Shown here one piece after another: positions 1 through 13,267 of a stretch of DNA of 64,000 bases (positions within the stretch are counted from its first letter, which is position 1; the number at the start of each line of letters is the position of its first letter). Below the pieces are notes generated by a model. The model was not told the origin of the DNA and searched no databases. It saw nothing but the letters and a program-made list of their open reading frames with translations. Position numbers and translations under genes: made by a program. The stretch comes from Tubiluchus corallicola (Eukaryota > Animalia > Priapulida). The DNA is taken from the NCBI GenBank assembly GCA_030141605.1, contig JAQGDQ010000148.1, forward strand, positions 186,001 to 250,000, given 5' to 3'.

Positions 1-639
1 TCTCAGTGTAATAATTTTTTGCCATGCCTTTATGTATTTGTGCACCACCAAGTCTTCGTTCTAAACGTAATACTACTACTTCTCATAACACTAATTCAGG
101 ATTCAAGAATTAGTGGGCAGACAACAGTGCAAACCAATGCTTTTAAAGTACGTATGTGAAATAAGCCTACACCATATAGTAAAGTTGTTTATTTTCTCTT
201 TTGCAATGACTATACTATAAAAAAATCATATACGTGCAAGCGTATAAGACATCTAAAAAATTGAAAGAAATACGTACATCATTAATACATTGGAAGACTT
301 TAATACTGGAAACAAGCAACAGTTAATGCCCACAGTTTGTTTTGGAACTTGATTTGTGATCGTGAAAGTCAGGTTATCGGTAAGGCTTTGATACGTACGT
401 GCGAAGATTTTTGTCATTCCCATTTTGCTTAATTCATGAAAGTTAGTACTTAGTAGCTTACCTTATATTGATTGCTTTTTTAACGAATATACAGTAAATT
501 TTACATAATTAGGGATTAGAAACTATTCGAGCTAGACGGTAAACAGAGTTCAACAAAATTACACATTAGACCTCAGAATCAGGTATGTAATATTAATAAT
601 AATATTATAATTAGGTCTGCTCAGTTCAAATATCAATTC

Positions 640-1127
640 AGCTCGTTGAATTGACTTACTTCAAGTCCAAGTCTTTAAATATATATATATTTAATTGATT
701 TTCAGCTTCATTATTTGCATGATCCTTTTTTATGATTGTCATAAAAATTATACAGTGCATTAAATGTACTTCATTTGCCATTATTCTTGCGTTTACAATT
801 TTCAAGTTTTTATTTTCAGTTATCTTTTTTGTCATACTGTTATTATCGCTAAATTGTTAAGTATTAATATTACTACCCCACTTGTCATCAGTTAACTATG
901 GTTCTTTATATTTTAACTTAATGTCATTTATAAGTATTACTTATAATTGTTAATCATAAGCATTACTAACAGCAATAGTACAGCATCAGTAAAATGATAA
1001 TCAATAATCAAAGCTAGCTGACTAGACGACCAATTGGTCTTTCGCTACCCTTCAAAAAAGTTTTGTTATGTCTGTACATATGTGTGTCGAGATAAATTAA
1101 TAAAGATGTTATGCTATGTTATGTTTT
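640..1127 (+). mobile_element. 3' UTR/tail remnant of an L2/CR1-group LINE
   Basis: AT-rich tract with the stem-loop GCTAGC..GACC-AATT-GGTC-TTTC-GCTACCC (1012-1051), also seen at 31666 and 34756. It is followed by AATAAA and an (ATGTT)n-like tail. The left boundary is approximate. Confidence 0.5.
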
Positions 1128-1384
1128 AGGCTCCTAGCGATGATGGAGCATTTTCAGCATTTCCTTTTTGTTGTGCTCATAAAGAAAGTATACGTTTCTG
1201 TAGTTAACTAAATGAAGAATCATCAGTGCTTGTATATAATTACTAAATAAGCAAATTGGTTTCTATTATCTTTTTCTTACTATTATACCTGTGAAAAACC
1301 TGTGATGTACTGGGCGAAAGAAAGTATAGGTTTTTGCATAGTTTTTTCTGTCTTAATACTAACTGGTTGCATGTGCAAACAAAA

Positions 1385-2585
1385 AAAGTTATCTCTAGTT
1401 TGTTCGCTAGCCGTCTGGTGGTGACATGTAGAAGTGGTGGTTACCGGAACTCCTGTAGTGTCCGCTCGGGTTGAAAGGTGTTGTGGTATTTTTCTGGATG
1501 ATCTGGATTTGTCAAGTCGTCTTTTAAAGAGGTCCGGACACCTTGCATTTTTACACGTGTACTCAACTTGTTCCAATCATTGGTGACCCGGAAAGTGAAG
1601 CAGTTCTTGTTGTTTTATTTAGGCTTACAGATCTTGCGCCCATCATCCCTATAGTTGACTTGAAAGTAATGTCAGGATTTAATTTGGTGTCATTGTTGAA
1701 AATTGGAAATGTGGTGGACATATTTCCACGTTTTCTTCTTTGTTGGAGTGATGTGTGTTTTAACCTCTGCATGCGTTCGGAATATGATAGATCATGCAAT
1801 GGTGGTACCAGCTTGGTTGCTTATCTCTGGGTGGTTTCGACCTTTCTGATGTATTCTAACCTGGCTGGGTACCATATTACGTCTGCATAATACATTACTG
1901 GACATACGAAGCTTTTGTAAAGGACTAAAAACATATTGCAATCTAGGTATGCGAATACCCTACGAATAGACCAAAGACGTTTCCGAACAACTTTAGAGAC
2001 TTCATCAATATGTTCCTTGAAGGTTTCTACTTTCAGGTTTGTTGACAATGTAAACAACCTTCATGTTTCTACCATAGTTAGTTATCGGTGTAGACACCAA
2101 ATTGTTTTTGTACTTGAGTAGTAGTAATAAGCACAGGTTGTCCACTTTTGTTGAGCATAGTGTACCGAAACTTGCTGGAGTTTTTGCTATTTACCGGTTT
2201 TTGCACCTATCGCTGTTGAATGGTGTTAGACGAATGTGTGACCAAGCATCCAAGGTCTTGATGTCATTCTGTAGTGTATCATAGTCATTGTAAGATGCAA
2301 TTTGCCGATAGATTGTGGTATCACCAGAGAACATTTTGACCATCGAAGCCGCATTATCAGGAATGTCATCGACATATAATACAAAAAGCAACGGTCCTAA
2401 CAAAAGTCCCTTGTGACACCCCACTTTTGACTTCAGTAATAGAGGACACGGTAGAATTGATCCATATTCGCTCAGAGCGAGTTGTTAAGAAATCTCGTAT
2501 CTATTGCGACAATTGACCACAAATATCATAAACCTCAAGTTTCAGTAACAAATGTTTGTGGGGGAGCTTGTCGAATGCATTTTAA
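1385..2585 (-). mobile_element. Decayed, 5'-truncated CR1-type LINE (RT C-terminal half)
   Basis: Broken minus-strand ORFs give 'LLGPLLFVLYVDDIPD..MFSGDTTIY..LQNDI..W', 'LYKSFVCPVMYYA..WYP', 'LSYSERMQRLKHTSLQQRRKRGN' and 'FTFRVTNDWNKL', the typical CR1 RT tail motifs. Multiple frameshifts. Confidence 0.85.
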
Positions 2586-2655
2586 ACTGTTATGTTTTTC
2601 AGACACCGGATGCTTAACATCAGCACAACTAACCTAAGAAAACAAACTTGCATCC

Positions 2656-5600
2656 ATGACTAATTCAAATGAATCAACGCCAATGGAGAGTGAGCATCTA
2701 TTTGGTCAGGTTTTATTTGGCATAGGTGTGACTGCTGCTGCTCACCCTTTGGCATACGCGAAAGTGTTAGTTCAGGTAAGACACCACTGAAGAACAATTT
2801 ACTAAGAGTCTCTTTTATGGAAATTACTGAATATAAAGTTCAAAAATTTCTTTGTTGTTGGACCTATTTAGAATAGAAACTCGCTTAGAAAAATAAAGAC
2901 CTAAACTTTATTTTTAAAAAAAGATACCTAAACTTAATGTATAACTTCAGGTTCAAAGTGTATTTGCTGAACACACTTATCTGCTTGCTATAAGTTAAAA
3001 CAGTTAATATAAGTCTTGTAGTACTTCTGCTGTGTTTTGGTAGCTTGCATTACTTCCAATGCAGTAAGGTTTAATGTGGTGGACTAATCATCTTCAACAT
3101 TGACTTTTCATTTTTGGTAGCAGAACTGTACAATACAATTTATATATTACATTATACAAATTACACATTTTTTGAAAACTTGTATTTTTTTAGATTGGAC
3201 ATGAGCCATTACCACCGTACCCCGGTCGAAACATATTTGGCCGAAAAGTGTTGTTGCTGCCAAATGTGTTCAAATATGGTAAGATATGATGTAATCTTAA
3301 AAAAATCACTTGAATTATAAAAAAAACACCTTCAGGGGACAAGTGGATCTGATACTGCTCAGCAAAATTCTTCTTTTGACACAGCTGGGGTGACGGTATA
3401 TTAATAGTACACTCGTATCTCGGTTTGCCACCCAAAAGCGTAGAGACGTTGGTCCGAATTTGGTGATTGTCCATGTTTACTGATACTAAGCTAATGCAGT
3501 AGGCACGGTGTATTAGACTCATGGTAATGTAGATTCAATTGCCCAATTGCCTCAAAAACAACGTCTAGTATGGGCCGCTTCTATGCAAAGGTATATAAAA
3601 ACTGTCGCCAATTGACTCAAATAACTCCGCATAATTGACTCTATATTTTTGTATATAAAGACATACATGATGTAATGGTGTAAACAAAGTGACCGTCCGC
3701 CAACTAGCAGCCAGCTTGCGAAACAACGGACTGTGTCCGTAGTATGTGGGACTTTTTAACGGTCCAGATTTCGTGTGTCCGGTTCTTTCAATATCCGTAA
3801 AAGTGAGGTCTGGCAAACCGAGATATGAGTGTGATGCCTGTAAAAGTTTTCATTTATTTACCTAAAAAAATGTAAGTACATTCTGAGTAAGTGTACTTTC
3901 TGTATTACTTGTTTTGCTGCTCATATTTACTGCAGTCTTTTTTTGGTCAACAAATATAATATAAGTTCTTTATCTGAATTTAAAAGTCTAAAATTCCGAG
4001 TAATAACTCATTGGCAATTTTGGTCGGTGCCATTCATTTACCATTTTTGTTTTGTTATTAACATGTAACTCTTTCCCTCAATGCTCTGTAACAAAATGTT
4101 TTACCTTTGACTTACCAGTTGGATTGCGGGTATTTTAATGTGACTTCCATGCCTGCTCTGTTTTCACTTGTAATATTTTTGCGAAGCAGGTCATACTTTT
4201 GCATTAATTTATTTAACAGTATATACGTCGTATGCCCCGTATACTCTCAATTCGAGCACTGCTTATATTATTATTTACTTGGAGTTTGTGTAAGAGTTTT
4301 ACCATTTATCTTAATCCAAGTAAATTTTTGAGTAAAGTTTTATCACAGCATGTCTAAAATATGTTGTAGTCTATCAGTCTGTCTACTTGTTTGTTTCTGA
4401 CCTGATCAATCAATCATTCTAATATAAATTACTTTTTACTAGATTATAGCATTCGAGTAAGATTACTGGTCAGTTAGTTATATTGCAATTCAAATAATTT
4501 TTTGATTCTGAATTAATGTCACTTACGCAGTCTCTCAGATCCTTTGTTTGGCATTGCAGTTAGTCACATACGGAAGACAGATGGATTTTTCGGTCTTTAC
4601 CGAGGGCTGAGCTACAAGATAATGACAAACTTTGTGGGAACATTGACATGTCATCAAATAAAACAGGTATTGTTAGTATTACTTAGAAAAGGATAGCACT
4701 GCCAGTTCTGGTTTGTACTGGATCTGGTAAGTACTCTTGGGTTAATAAGCGATTGTTTTAATGAGCCTTAATAAAACTAGTACTGAAGTCCTAGAATCAC
4801 CTTGTACTGGTTGACAGCAGCTTCTGCTTAATGCACATTTTCGCCAAATTTAGCAGTGCAAACCATTTAATTCAGTATATCTACTAGAAGTAACTTTAAA
4901 AGAATATATTTATGTGGTTAGTGGTGCTAAATAGAATTTATTTCCTGTAGATTAATCTCTGTAAGTATTGGAAGTTTTACCTTTCGAACTGCGTATTTCC
5001 GTTTTTGAAACTAACAGCACATGACGGTACAGGAGCTTAGAACCATCTTTGATGTTCTTTCAGATATTCAGATAACGATTAAGAATATGAAATGAATTGT
5101 AGTTTTGTAAAACTGATAAACCAAACTTACTTAAAAGCTACATTCAAGCAGAATTTATTTTAGCACTAAAGACAGGATGTTACCATAATTTGTAGATACA
5201 AAAACGTTGCCAGAAACTTTGACACATTTCTTCTTTAGTATCATGAAAATAATCTCTTGTGCTATATTGTTTGTATTTAACATTATCTGACTATAAATAT
5301 TTGTGATAAAACTGTTTCTCTAATTATTTTTTATCAAATATGAAATTATGTAAAGTGATGTTTAATTGAAAAATTAATTTAATTCCATATGTGAACATTT
5401 AATCACATGTTTATATTAATATTATTTGTGTTACACAGACATTTAAGAAATATGATGAGGGACGCCAGCTTGCTAAAGAACTTGATGAAAGCGCTACAGA
5501 CAAAGACAGTTTTAAAGAATTTTTAATAGAGGTGAGTACTGTATAGTGTATTTTATTTACTAATGAGCTACCAGTGCAAAAAATTAGGCTAGTAAAGTAA

Positions 5601-8388
5601 CTATCAGGCTAGTACATGTATACGACACAGTGCTGTCAACTTGCCTATTAGTAAAAACATGTAAGCAATGTGCATAAAAAATAATTGTAAAGTAAAAGGA
5701 TTACGATTAGCCATAAATTAAATCTGATGTTTCCATGGCTTATCATTCTAGAATAAGTATGCTAGCAGAGAAGAAAAGTAAACATTTTAATAATAATAAT
5801 AATAATTTATTATAAATTATAGTGCATAATATTGAGTGAAGCCAATGTTCAATACAGTAGCAAAAAAATTTTGCAATCAGTTATTAATACTATGCTAAAT
5901 ATCATTGAAGTCAGTGCTTTGATGCAACAAATAAAATTGACGATAATTAACAATACAGCAGATATATAATTTTAACAAATTAACAAAACAGCCCAATAAA
6001 ATTTTACCAAATAAAAGTGATAATGCAAAAAAGCTAAACACTGAGGCCAAGTGGCATTTACGAATTACTTGTATCTTACAGCATTTGTCATCAATTTTGG
6101 CGATAGATTCTTGAAAAGAAAATTTTGTCATTTTTAACAACATTCGATATTGGTTTTCTCGCTTTTTCATTTTTTAGTGTTATTACGTATAACATGCAAG
6201 CTAAAAGACGCATCATAATGACATTTTCTTCTGCCTTCTAACCAATTATATAAGTTACTTTACACACACATGCCCATCTTTTTACTGTTAATTCACTGTA
6301 CTAAAAGGTCTACTTGTGAAGTGTTCAATGCATGTTAATAAAACAATTCATTTTTCAACTCTATGTAAATTTTATTTCTACTTTTTAAATAACCGTTTTT
6401 CTTGATTAGTGTAATTTTAGTGTAAGATAATAGATTGATAATTATATTGTATCAACATAAGTATATTGATATTGACTGATTAACATTTGAAAATCATTCT
6501 GTGTAATATAAAATCTTATTTATAAAATGAAAACTGCTACATGAGATATTATGTTTCACTGTTCCTAATGTTCACGGTATCTTTTTTGGTTATAAAATCT
6601 TGTGCACTATCTGTAATTTAATTTTTTATGAAACCTTTTTTGTTAATTGTTTTTGCCATTCTATGATGAACTCCATTTTATGTCTACAGACAGGGCAACA
6701 GTCTGTGGCACAAGGTTTGGCAATCGTGACATCCCAGCCATTCTATGTTTTATCTATCCGGTGCATGGCTCAGTTTGTGGGCGAAGAAGACGTTTATAAG
6801 TAAGTATAAAGGTTGCCATAAAGGTAGAGAAGTCAAATATCACAATTTTTGTAGATCACGTGCATTTGTGTGATGTGCAAAATTTTGATGAAAATTTTTT
6901 GTGCATCACTTCATTACATATTTAAATTCTGCTTGTTTATGAACTGCTAAATTTATCAAAAATTGGAAACTTAGAATAATTTACTAAATTAACAGCTGAT
7001 GTATACTAATGCAATAAGATTAGCTAAAGAAAACAATACCCAATTTTATACTGTGGTGCAAAATGATCTGAAGTATAAAATATTGAGAGAAATTTTTTAA
7101 GAAAGACTTACATAAAAGAATTATTACCACTTTAATGTTCACATTATTATTTTTTGTTGTGCACGTGTTTTACCCATTCCTAGTTAGATGGACACAGCAC
7201 AGGTATCACGGAAACACGATGCGCAAAAAATATGTGCGTAGGGAATTATAAGAACACAGTTCACTTGTGACGTGGCACATTTTTGTTAAGTTACGTGGCA
7301 GCACAAAAGTAAACTGGAAATGTAAATTTATTTTTAACGGAAAATTTGCCGAATTGGTGTGAATTATAGTTAATGCAGCCCTGTATTTAAATTTTCACTT
7401 TTGTAAACACTTTCAACAGGTTCTTGAAATATTTGCTGCCATTTAAAAATTATGTTCCCTTATGACATCATCACTAGATGCACTCACCGGCCATTAATTA
7501 AGTTTATAAGGTAATATTTAATTATCAAAAACATCTTGACATTGTGCTTGTAGTGATACAGTGTATATTTTTACCATGCTTTAAAAGTGGGATAGCATCC
7601 GAAAAATCATTCTGTTTTCTTCTAATTGACTGTTTAATGCACAAAATTTGTCGAGTTATAAATGACGTTTTCCCACGTTGAAAATAAAATACTAGCTGCT
7701 GGTTCAAATGGAACGACATGCATATCTGAGAGTACTGCTTTGCCTTCCTTGTTTTATGAACACCTCCTAATAACAGCCAAGCACAGTAACGAACTCATAC
7801 CAATCCTGACCATTTAGAAATCATTAAGCAGTCAATGGATAGTAGGCAGTCAAGCTATGTTTGTGGTTGACCTAAGGTAGAAAAAGTCTATTATCAAATT
7901 GAATTAAATGCTTTATTGTTAATATTTTTTATTCATGTGATTATTAATGTCACATATTTCACGAATATTGAGTACCAACATGTTTTTCATCTGTTACTAA
8001 TTTTTTAAGTTATCCCAATGATTTTCTTTTTTAGCGGACCATTTGCAGGTATAGGTGAAATTTTGGAGCAAGACGGTATCTTTGGCTTTTTCTCGTAAGT
8101 TTTGTTTTTGTATTTTACTATCACAAATTCGACTGATTGTTGATTGATTTCAATGTACTTAACCTAATTTTGTTTTTTGTTTGCAGTGGCTTAATACCTC
8201 GGTTATTAGGAGAACTATGTACTTTATGGTTAGCAAACACAGTCACACACATTATAGCCAATTATATTCTAGAAGAAGGCGATATCAAGCAATATGTTGC
8301 ACCTATTGTTAATGTAGGTAATTTACTGAATTTATATTAACTACATTAATTATATTACTTTATAACATGTGCATATATGTGTACTTAC

Positions 8389-8457
<69 letters not shown>

Positions 8458-8458
8458 A

Positions 8459-8514
<56 letters not shown>

Positions 8515-9724
8515 GCAGATACATGCGTTTGTATATGTGCGTCTGTATATATACATAGATACATATACACTTACATTTATACGCATTTGCCCCTTATGGC
8601 ATTCGCTGAGTTTATGTGACTATACACGTACGTGACATTAATAAAGCAACATTAAGCTTCTTTTAATGTTGTCAAATTGTCATTATCTCTGTAACCTGTT
8701 GAGATAATTTCTTGGATAAACAGAAAGAAGTCATCTGGGATGGGCATCCAAGTCCGTTTCATAATGATTTACAACAGTTTACTTACGGTATAAATTCACG
8801 AGTTTAGCCTCTTGTTCCAATTTTCTGTTTATTTAGTGCCAGTTGACTCTAGGGTTAGTGTAATGTGAAAATCTAGAATAATATTAGGCTTTGTTTTTCA
8901 TTTTTACTTGTCTGATCAATTCTTTAAGAGGTTTTATTTGTTTTTTAGCTGATGGCTGGGACCCTCACTTATCCATTTTCTGTAGTCAGTGCTTGCATGG
9001 TGGTAAATAACTGTGGGTGAGTGAACAGTTTGAAGAAGCTTAATATAGTCCATTGTTGCTGCTAATGAGTATAAAAATTTTTGATTAGAACAATTTTGTA
9101 CTAGCTTGTAATTTGCAGTATTTTGTCAAGTACCGAGTACTGATGCAGAAAACTGAGTTGTTTAAAAAAATAGAGAAACCAGTATATTCTTAAAGGCTTT
9201 TCTATTTTAATTGTGCAAGTATTTAATCTTCTACTTTCCTATGAATTGCTGTGCTCTTTAAAATGAAACATTTTTCTAGATTGGCTGCTGGAAGCTTATC
9301 GAATATGCCATTATATAAGAATTGGATAGACTGTTGGCAGCAACTTAGCCGTCAGGTATTATATTGTTGTTTTTCACAGTAGTTTGTATCAAGTTATTAA
9401 CCAGTGTTAAAAAGACTTATTTCACAAAAGGAAACTTGTTGATTTTTGCTTTCCTTTTTTCACACGTTGAAATTTAATATTCTCACCAAAAAAATAAAAT
9501 AATTTTTGTAGACTCATTTGTTTTTTCTGGACATTGTTAATAATGTTAACTTTGAAGGTTAATTCGAATTCAATTTTTTCATACAGAATGCATTGAAGAG
9601 AGGTTCGAGCATGTTATTCCGGTACTACACAGGATTGCCAGTTAAAGTCGAGCCGCCCGTAACACCATCACCTCTTCCGCCGCCTCCGCCAATCACTGTC
9701 GAATCAGAGTGGCGGTACAACTGA
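2656..9724 (+). CDS. MTCH2: Mitochondrial carrier homolog (MTCH2/MTCH1-like), 10 coding exons, ~327 aa
   Basis: Exons 2656-2775, 3194-3278, 4560-4666, 5439-5531, 6690-6799, 8035-8094, 8187-8313, 8949-9016, 9280-9355, 9587-9724. All are GT-AG and phase-consistent (984 nt). Translation includes '[30 protein letters not shown]', '[10 protein letters not shown]', '[17 protein letters not shown]', '[12 protein letters not shown]', '[21 protein letters not shown]', 'WIDCW' and 'KRGSSMLFR'. Confidence 0.93.
3409..3832. mobile_element. MITE-like element with 22-bp terminal inverted repeats in MTCH2 intron 2
   Basis: ACACTCGTATCTCGGTTTGCCA (3409-3430) matches the reverse complement of TGGCAAACCGAGATATGAGTGT (3811-3832) with 1 mismatch. 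The interior (~3497-3630) resembles the left end of the element at 27624. Confidence 0.8.
8388..8514. repeat. Compound microsatellite (TA)n-(CA)n-(TA)n
   Basis: Directly visible. It explains the spurious YIYI/HTHT ORFs in the track. Confidence 0.97.
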
Positions 9725-10336
9725 GGAGATTCCATGTCGAAAAGCAAATAAAAGCTTCTAATAACATAGCCACAGGAACCGAGAATCCAAGTAATCATGT
9801 ACATGAAAGTTGACACTTGGTGAAGTAGGGTGGTTAATGCACAAAACTATCTGTGCTATGTTTTAATCATGGTGGTACGTAATCGTTAAAGGTTATTCAA
9901 GTGATTTTTGTCAACATTATTTTAAGTCGGGTAGTGAAAAAGAATAGAAAGTATGCTTTTATTTACAGGAGTTACTTTACAAGCTTTGTCGCCAAATGAA
10001 GAAATTGCAAATGAGAAACCAATGTACCAGTTAGTTGTAGTATTTAGGTACCTATTACCAAGTGATCAGACTTGGAGCTACCCACAAAAATTAATACGTA
10101 AGCTATCTTCCCAAAAACAGTGAGTTTATTGTGTATCAATTAAATAATTTTTGATGAAATGCAGTAATTGAGGAAATACTATCTTAATCTTGGTTTTGGC
10201 GGTAGTTTCCAATTTTGAATATTGCACTGCATCCTGAACTTGTGCAATACTGCAATAAATTTGTGGGCAACCAAGTTATGTAGTTTGCTGCTGAAATATG
10301 GACTAGAATACGTGGTATGACCTGAGATTATGGAAG

Positions 10337-10490
10337 TCAGGAGGGAAGAGGGAAATAAAAAGATGGAGATGAAGTGTGTGCACATGATTGATTAAGTGAG
10401 AGTATGAGAGTGAAGAGGAAAGGGGTAAAGAGGGCAGCGAGAGAATGGAGGACGAGTGAGAGAGGAAGGCACTGGGAGGAGATAAAAGCT
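10337..10490. repeat. GA-rich low-complexity tract downstream of the MTCH2 stop
   Basis: Purine-rich run 'gagggaagagggaaat...gagagaggaaggc' in otherwise AT-rich sequence. Confidence 0.55.
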
Positions 10491-11548
10491 TGGAAAATCT
10501 TATAGGTTACAATATATATCTCTTTCTCTATTTCTGCCATAGTTACTCTCCCTCTCGGCATATTTAAATGAATTTTATAGTTTAAAATTTGTTTCTAAAC
10601 CTTTGCTAGCAAATGCTGGATGTGACTTTCAGTCCCAGGCTCTGCTTCTAGCTAGCATAACTGATGTACAGAGTTCTTGAGTAATTGAAAACACTTTTAT
10701 ATGCACAGGATGGTCTTAAATTACTTTTTGAACAACTTTTCTTGTAAAAGGAGCATTTTGTAGATGATAAGAAGCAAATTTATAATATTAAAGGCAAATT
10801 GATACACCACATGACATGCCAATAGAGCAAATTCTTCCATGAACTAGGAATCCCCAATTAACTTGGATACTTATAGTGATTCCTGCTTTTTGTGGCATAA
10901 AAAACGTTTTAACATACTTTGCGTGATTTTAGAAAAATACTTCCATTCTATTACATCCCTGTAAACAGTTATGGGGATTTGTCTGGTTTAGTTGTGATAA
11001 GTAGGCAGGCTAGCTTAATTTTTTTGTCTATTTTTTTGACTTAAATGCTTTATCTCTTTTCAATGATTTGTTCCATGTTATTTATGCAATACATTTATAT
11101 ATGTCTGCTTTACTGGTCGGAGACCCATCGGTGTTACCATCTGCTGAATTATTATTGAACTAACAGGCTTAACAGCTTTAGTTAGTAGTGGAAATATAAC
11201 AGAGTTAGAAAATGCAGTCCCACATAAAAAGTATAGAGTTGATACTTTTTGGTGTAAATACTAAATAAATAAATTTATTGTCGCAAATATTTGGTTAGTT
11301 TTGAAGCTAAAAATGTAGTTAATGATCAAATTCAATACACTTTTTGAAAGTTAATGCTTGAAAGTCATCAAGAAAATGCTTAACTAGAAGTTGACTATCA
11401 ATGGAAATAGTGGTCTAGGGATAACATGCAAAGTAACTCAATAATTATGTCCAAGGTAGCCCCATTTTACATTACGCATAGGTTACTTCGATATACTTGC
11501 ATGCTTGGCCATTGAAGCAGCAGTGCCACATTTTAAGTCTTTGATATA

Positions 11549-11612
11549 TTTGGTTGGGAATTGAAACTGCGACCTCCTGGGAGAGAAGCGAGCGTGCCAT
11601 TATTGAGCTAAG
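11549..11612 (-). mobile_element. tRNA-derived SINE head / tRNA pseudogene remnant
   Basis: Reverse complement reads TAGCTCAATAATGGCACGCTCGCTTCTCTCCCAGGAGGTCGCAGTTTCAATTCCCAACC, with A-box-like and B-box-like motifs at tRNA spacing but no good cloverleaf. Confidence 0.5.
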
Positions 11613-13267
11613 CCTCCAGTGATTATGGGGTAGCTAGATGAATGTTGCTTACTAAGTTGTTACCAAAGGAACTGCTAAACTGCATGATAGCTAAAAAGCC
11701 CTTGTCAAGAAGTAGTGTCAAGCTTGAATTTTGTAAGGCTTTTGTGAGCGAAATCAAATTCAATTAACTTCGGTACCCATTATCTTACAACCACGGAACT
11801 TAATATGTGGAGTTTTAAGTTACTACCAGATTTCTTAACTAAAGAACCTGTAAGAACAATGATATTATACTGTAAGCTGGGACACTTTTTCCATACTCAA
11901 TTTTCACAAAGTGAGCTTTACCACCATGTTTGCAACCAGCAATATCTTTTACTTGGACAAATCACTATACTTTCTGAATACTTGTATAAAGTGCTCTTTT
12001 ATTTGAAGTCTCATTCATTTCTCGTTCTTGAAGTTGATAACTGCAAGTGAAGCCTTACGCTGCATTAACTATAGCTGTGAATTAGACATGGGTTTTGATC
12101 ATAACACTTTACAGCCACTTGCACGCATGTGTGGCTGTGACACGTGAAAACTGACCTTGAAAAGTGACAGAAGTGTGACAGTGCTAGTGTGCCAAGTTTA
12201 TCAGATAAGACATATATATTCCCATAATGAACTCGACAAGTAGACATTTAAGCAAACTAAAGTAGCAGGAGTGTGTTGTAATATTGTCAATGATTGCAGC
12301 ATATGGTGGTTCAGTTTAACACGTAACGAGATAGTAATCGTTTCTAGGGTCATGTCATTCTTGTTAGTTCAGTAAACTTCTTTGGTGTGGTATTAGAATT
12401 CTGATGTGAAGCTGAGGAACTAAGTGCACCTCGTAAAATATGAACATGTTTCCTGTATCTGTGGCACATTGGATGCTTATCTAAAGCAAAGCCAATCATA
12501 AAATAATATGATCTTAAAATCGTTGCCTATTTTCATCAGCATCTTCATAATTTTATAATTTACCACAGGTTAAACGTACACAACTAATTAATAAGAGAAA
12601 TAAAACAAAATTAAAGAATTACATTGGTAAACAATTTTTAATTTATTTTTACTACATAGTATTAATATAATGGAAAATAATATAATATTCTGTCTGCGTT
12701 TTACAAAGGCTTTGAAATCAATATAGCCTAGGCTTTAAACTCATATAGCCTCACAGACTTCACTAAATAATTAAGCAATGTTATTAGATAAATGCATTCA
12801 TCTATTAGAATTGGTATTACAGACTATAACACAAAATATACATGAAAAACCTGTTCAACTGTTAACATGTAAAAAAGTAATCACGAAAATGTGCAGAAAT
12901 AATTCTGACATATACATGTTTAATCAAGTAATTACAATTGCCCAAGCTAAACAAAACAGCAAAATTACACATCAGTTATAGTTATACAACCGAGTTACTA
13001 AAGAACAGTATGAAAATCAAAAAAAAATTATTGGTAGTACAAATGGTTATGCAAAAGTATTTTCTTTATTATGCATACTTGTACAGTAAGTACTTACTAT
13101 ATTAAACTTTATCATATAGGATAAGATCTGAATTTCTTAGAGATTTTTACTCAAATTAATACTAAAATGTGGCATTGTCAATATACAAATATTGCCTTCT
13201 AGCAAGCAGCAAAAAACACGACTAACCTACCAAATTGAAATAAGATCAATCTAGAAGGCAACAAAAA

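Noticed and set aside
8350-8635. Five overlapping ORFs with YIYI/HTHT/CVCV repeats
   Set aside because: These are translation artefacts of the (TA)n/(CA)n microsatellite in an MTCH2 intron.
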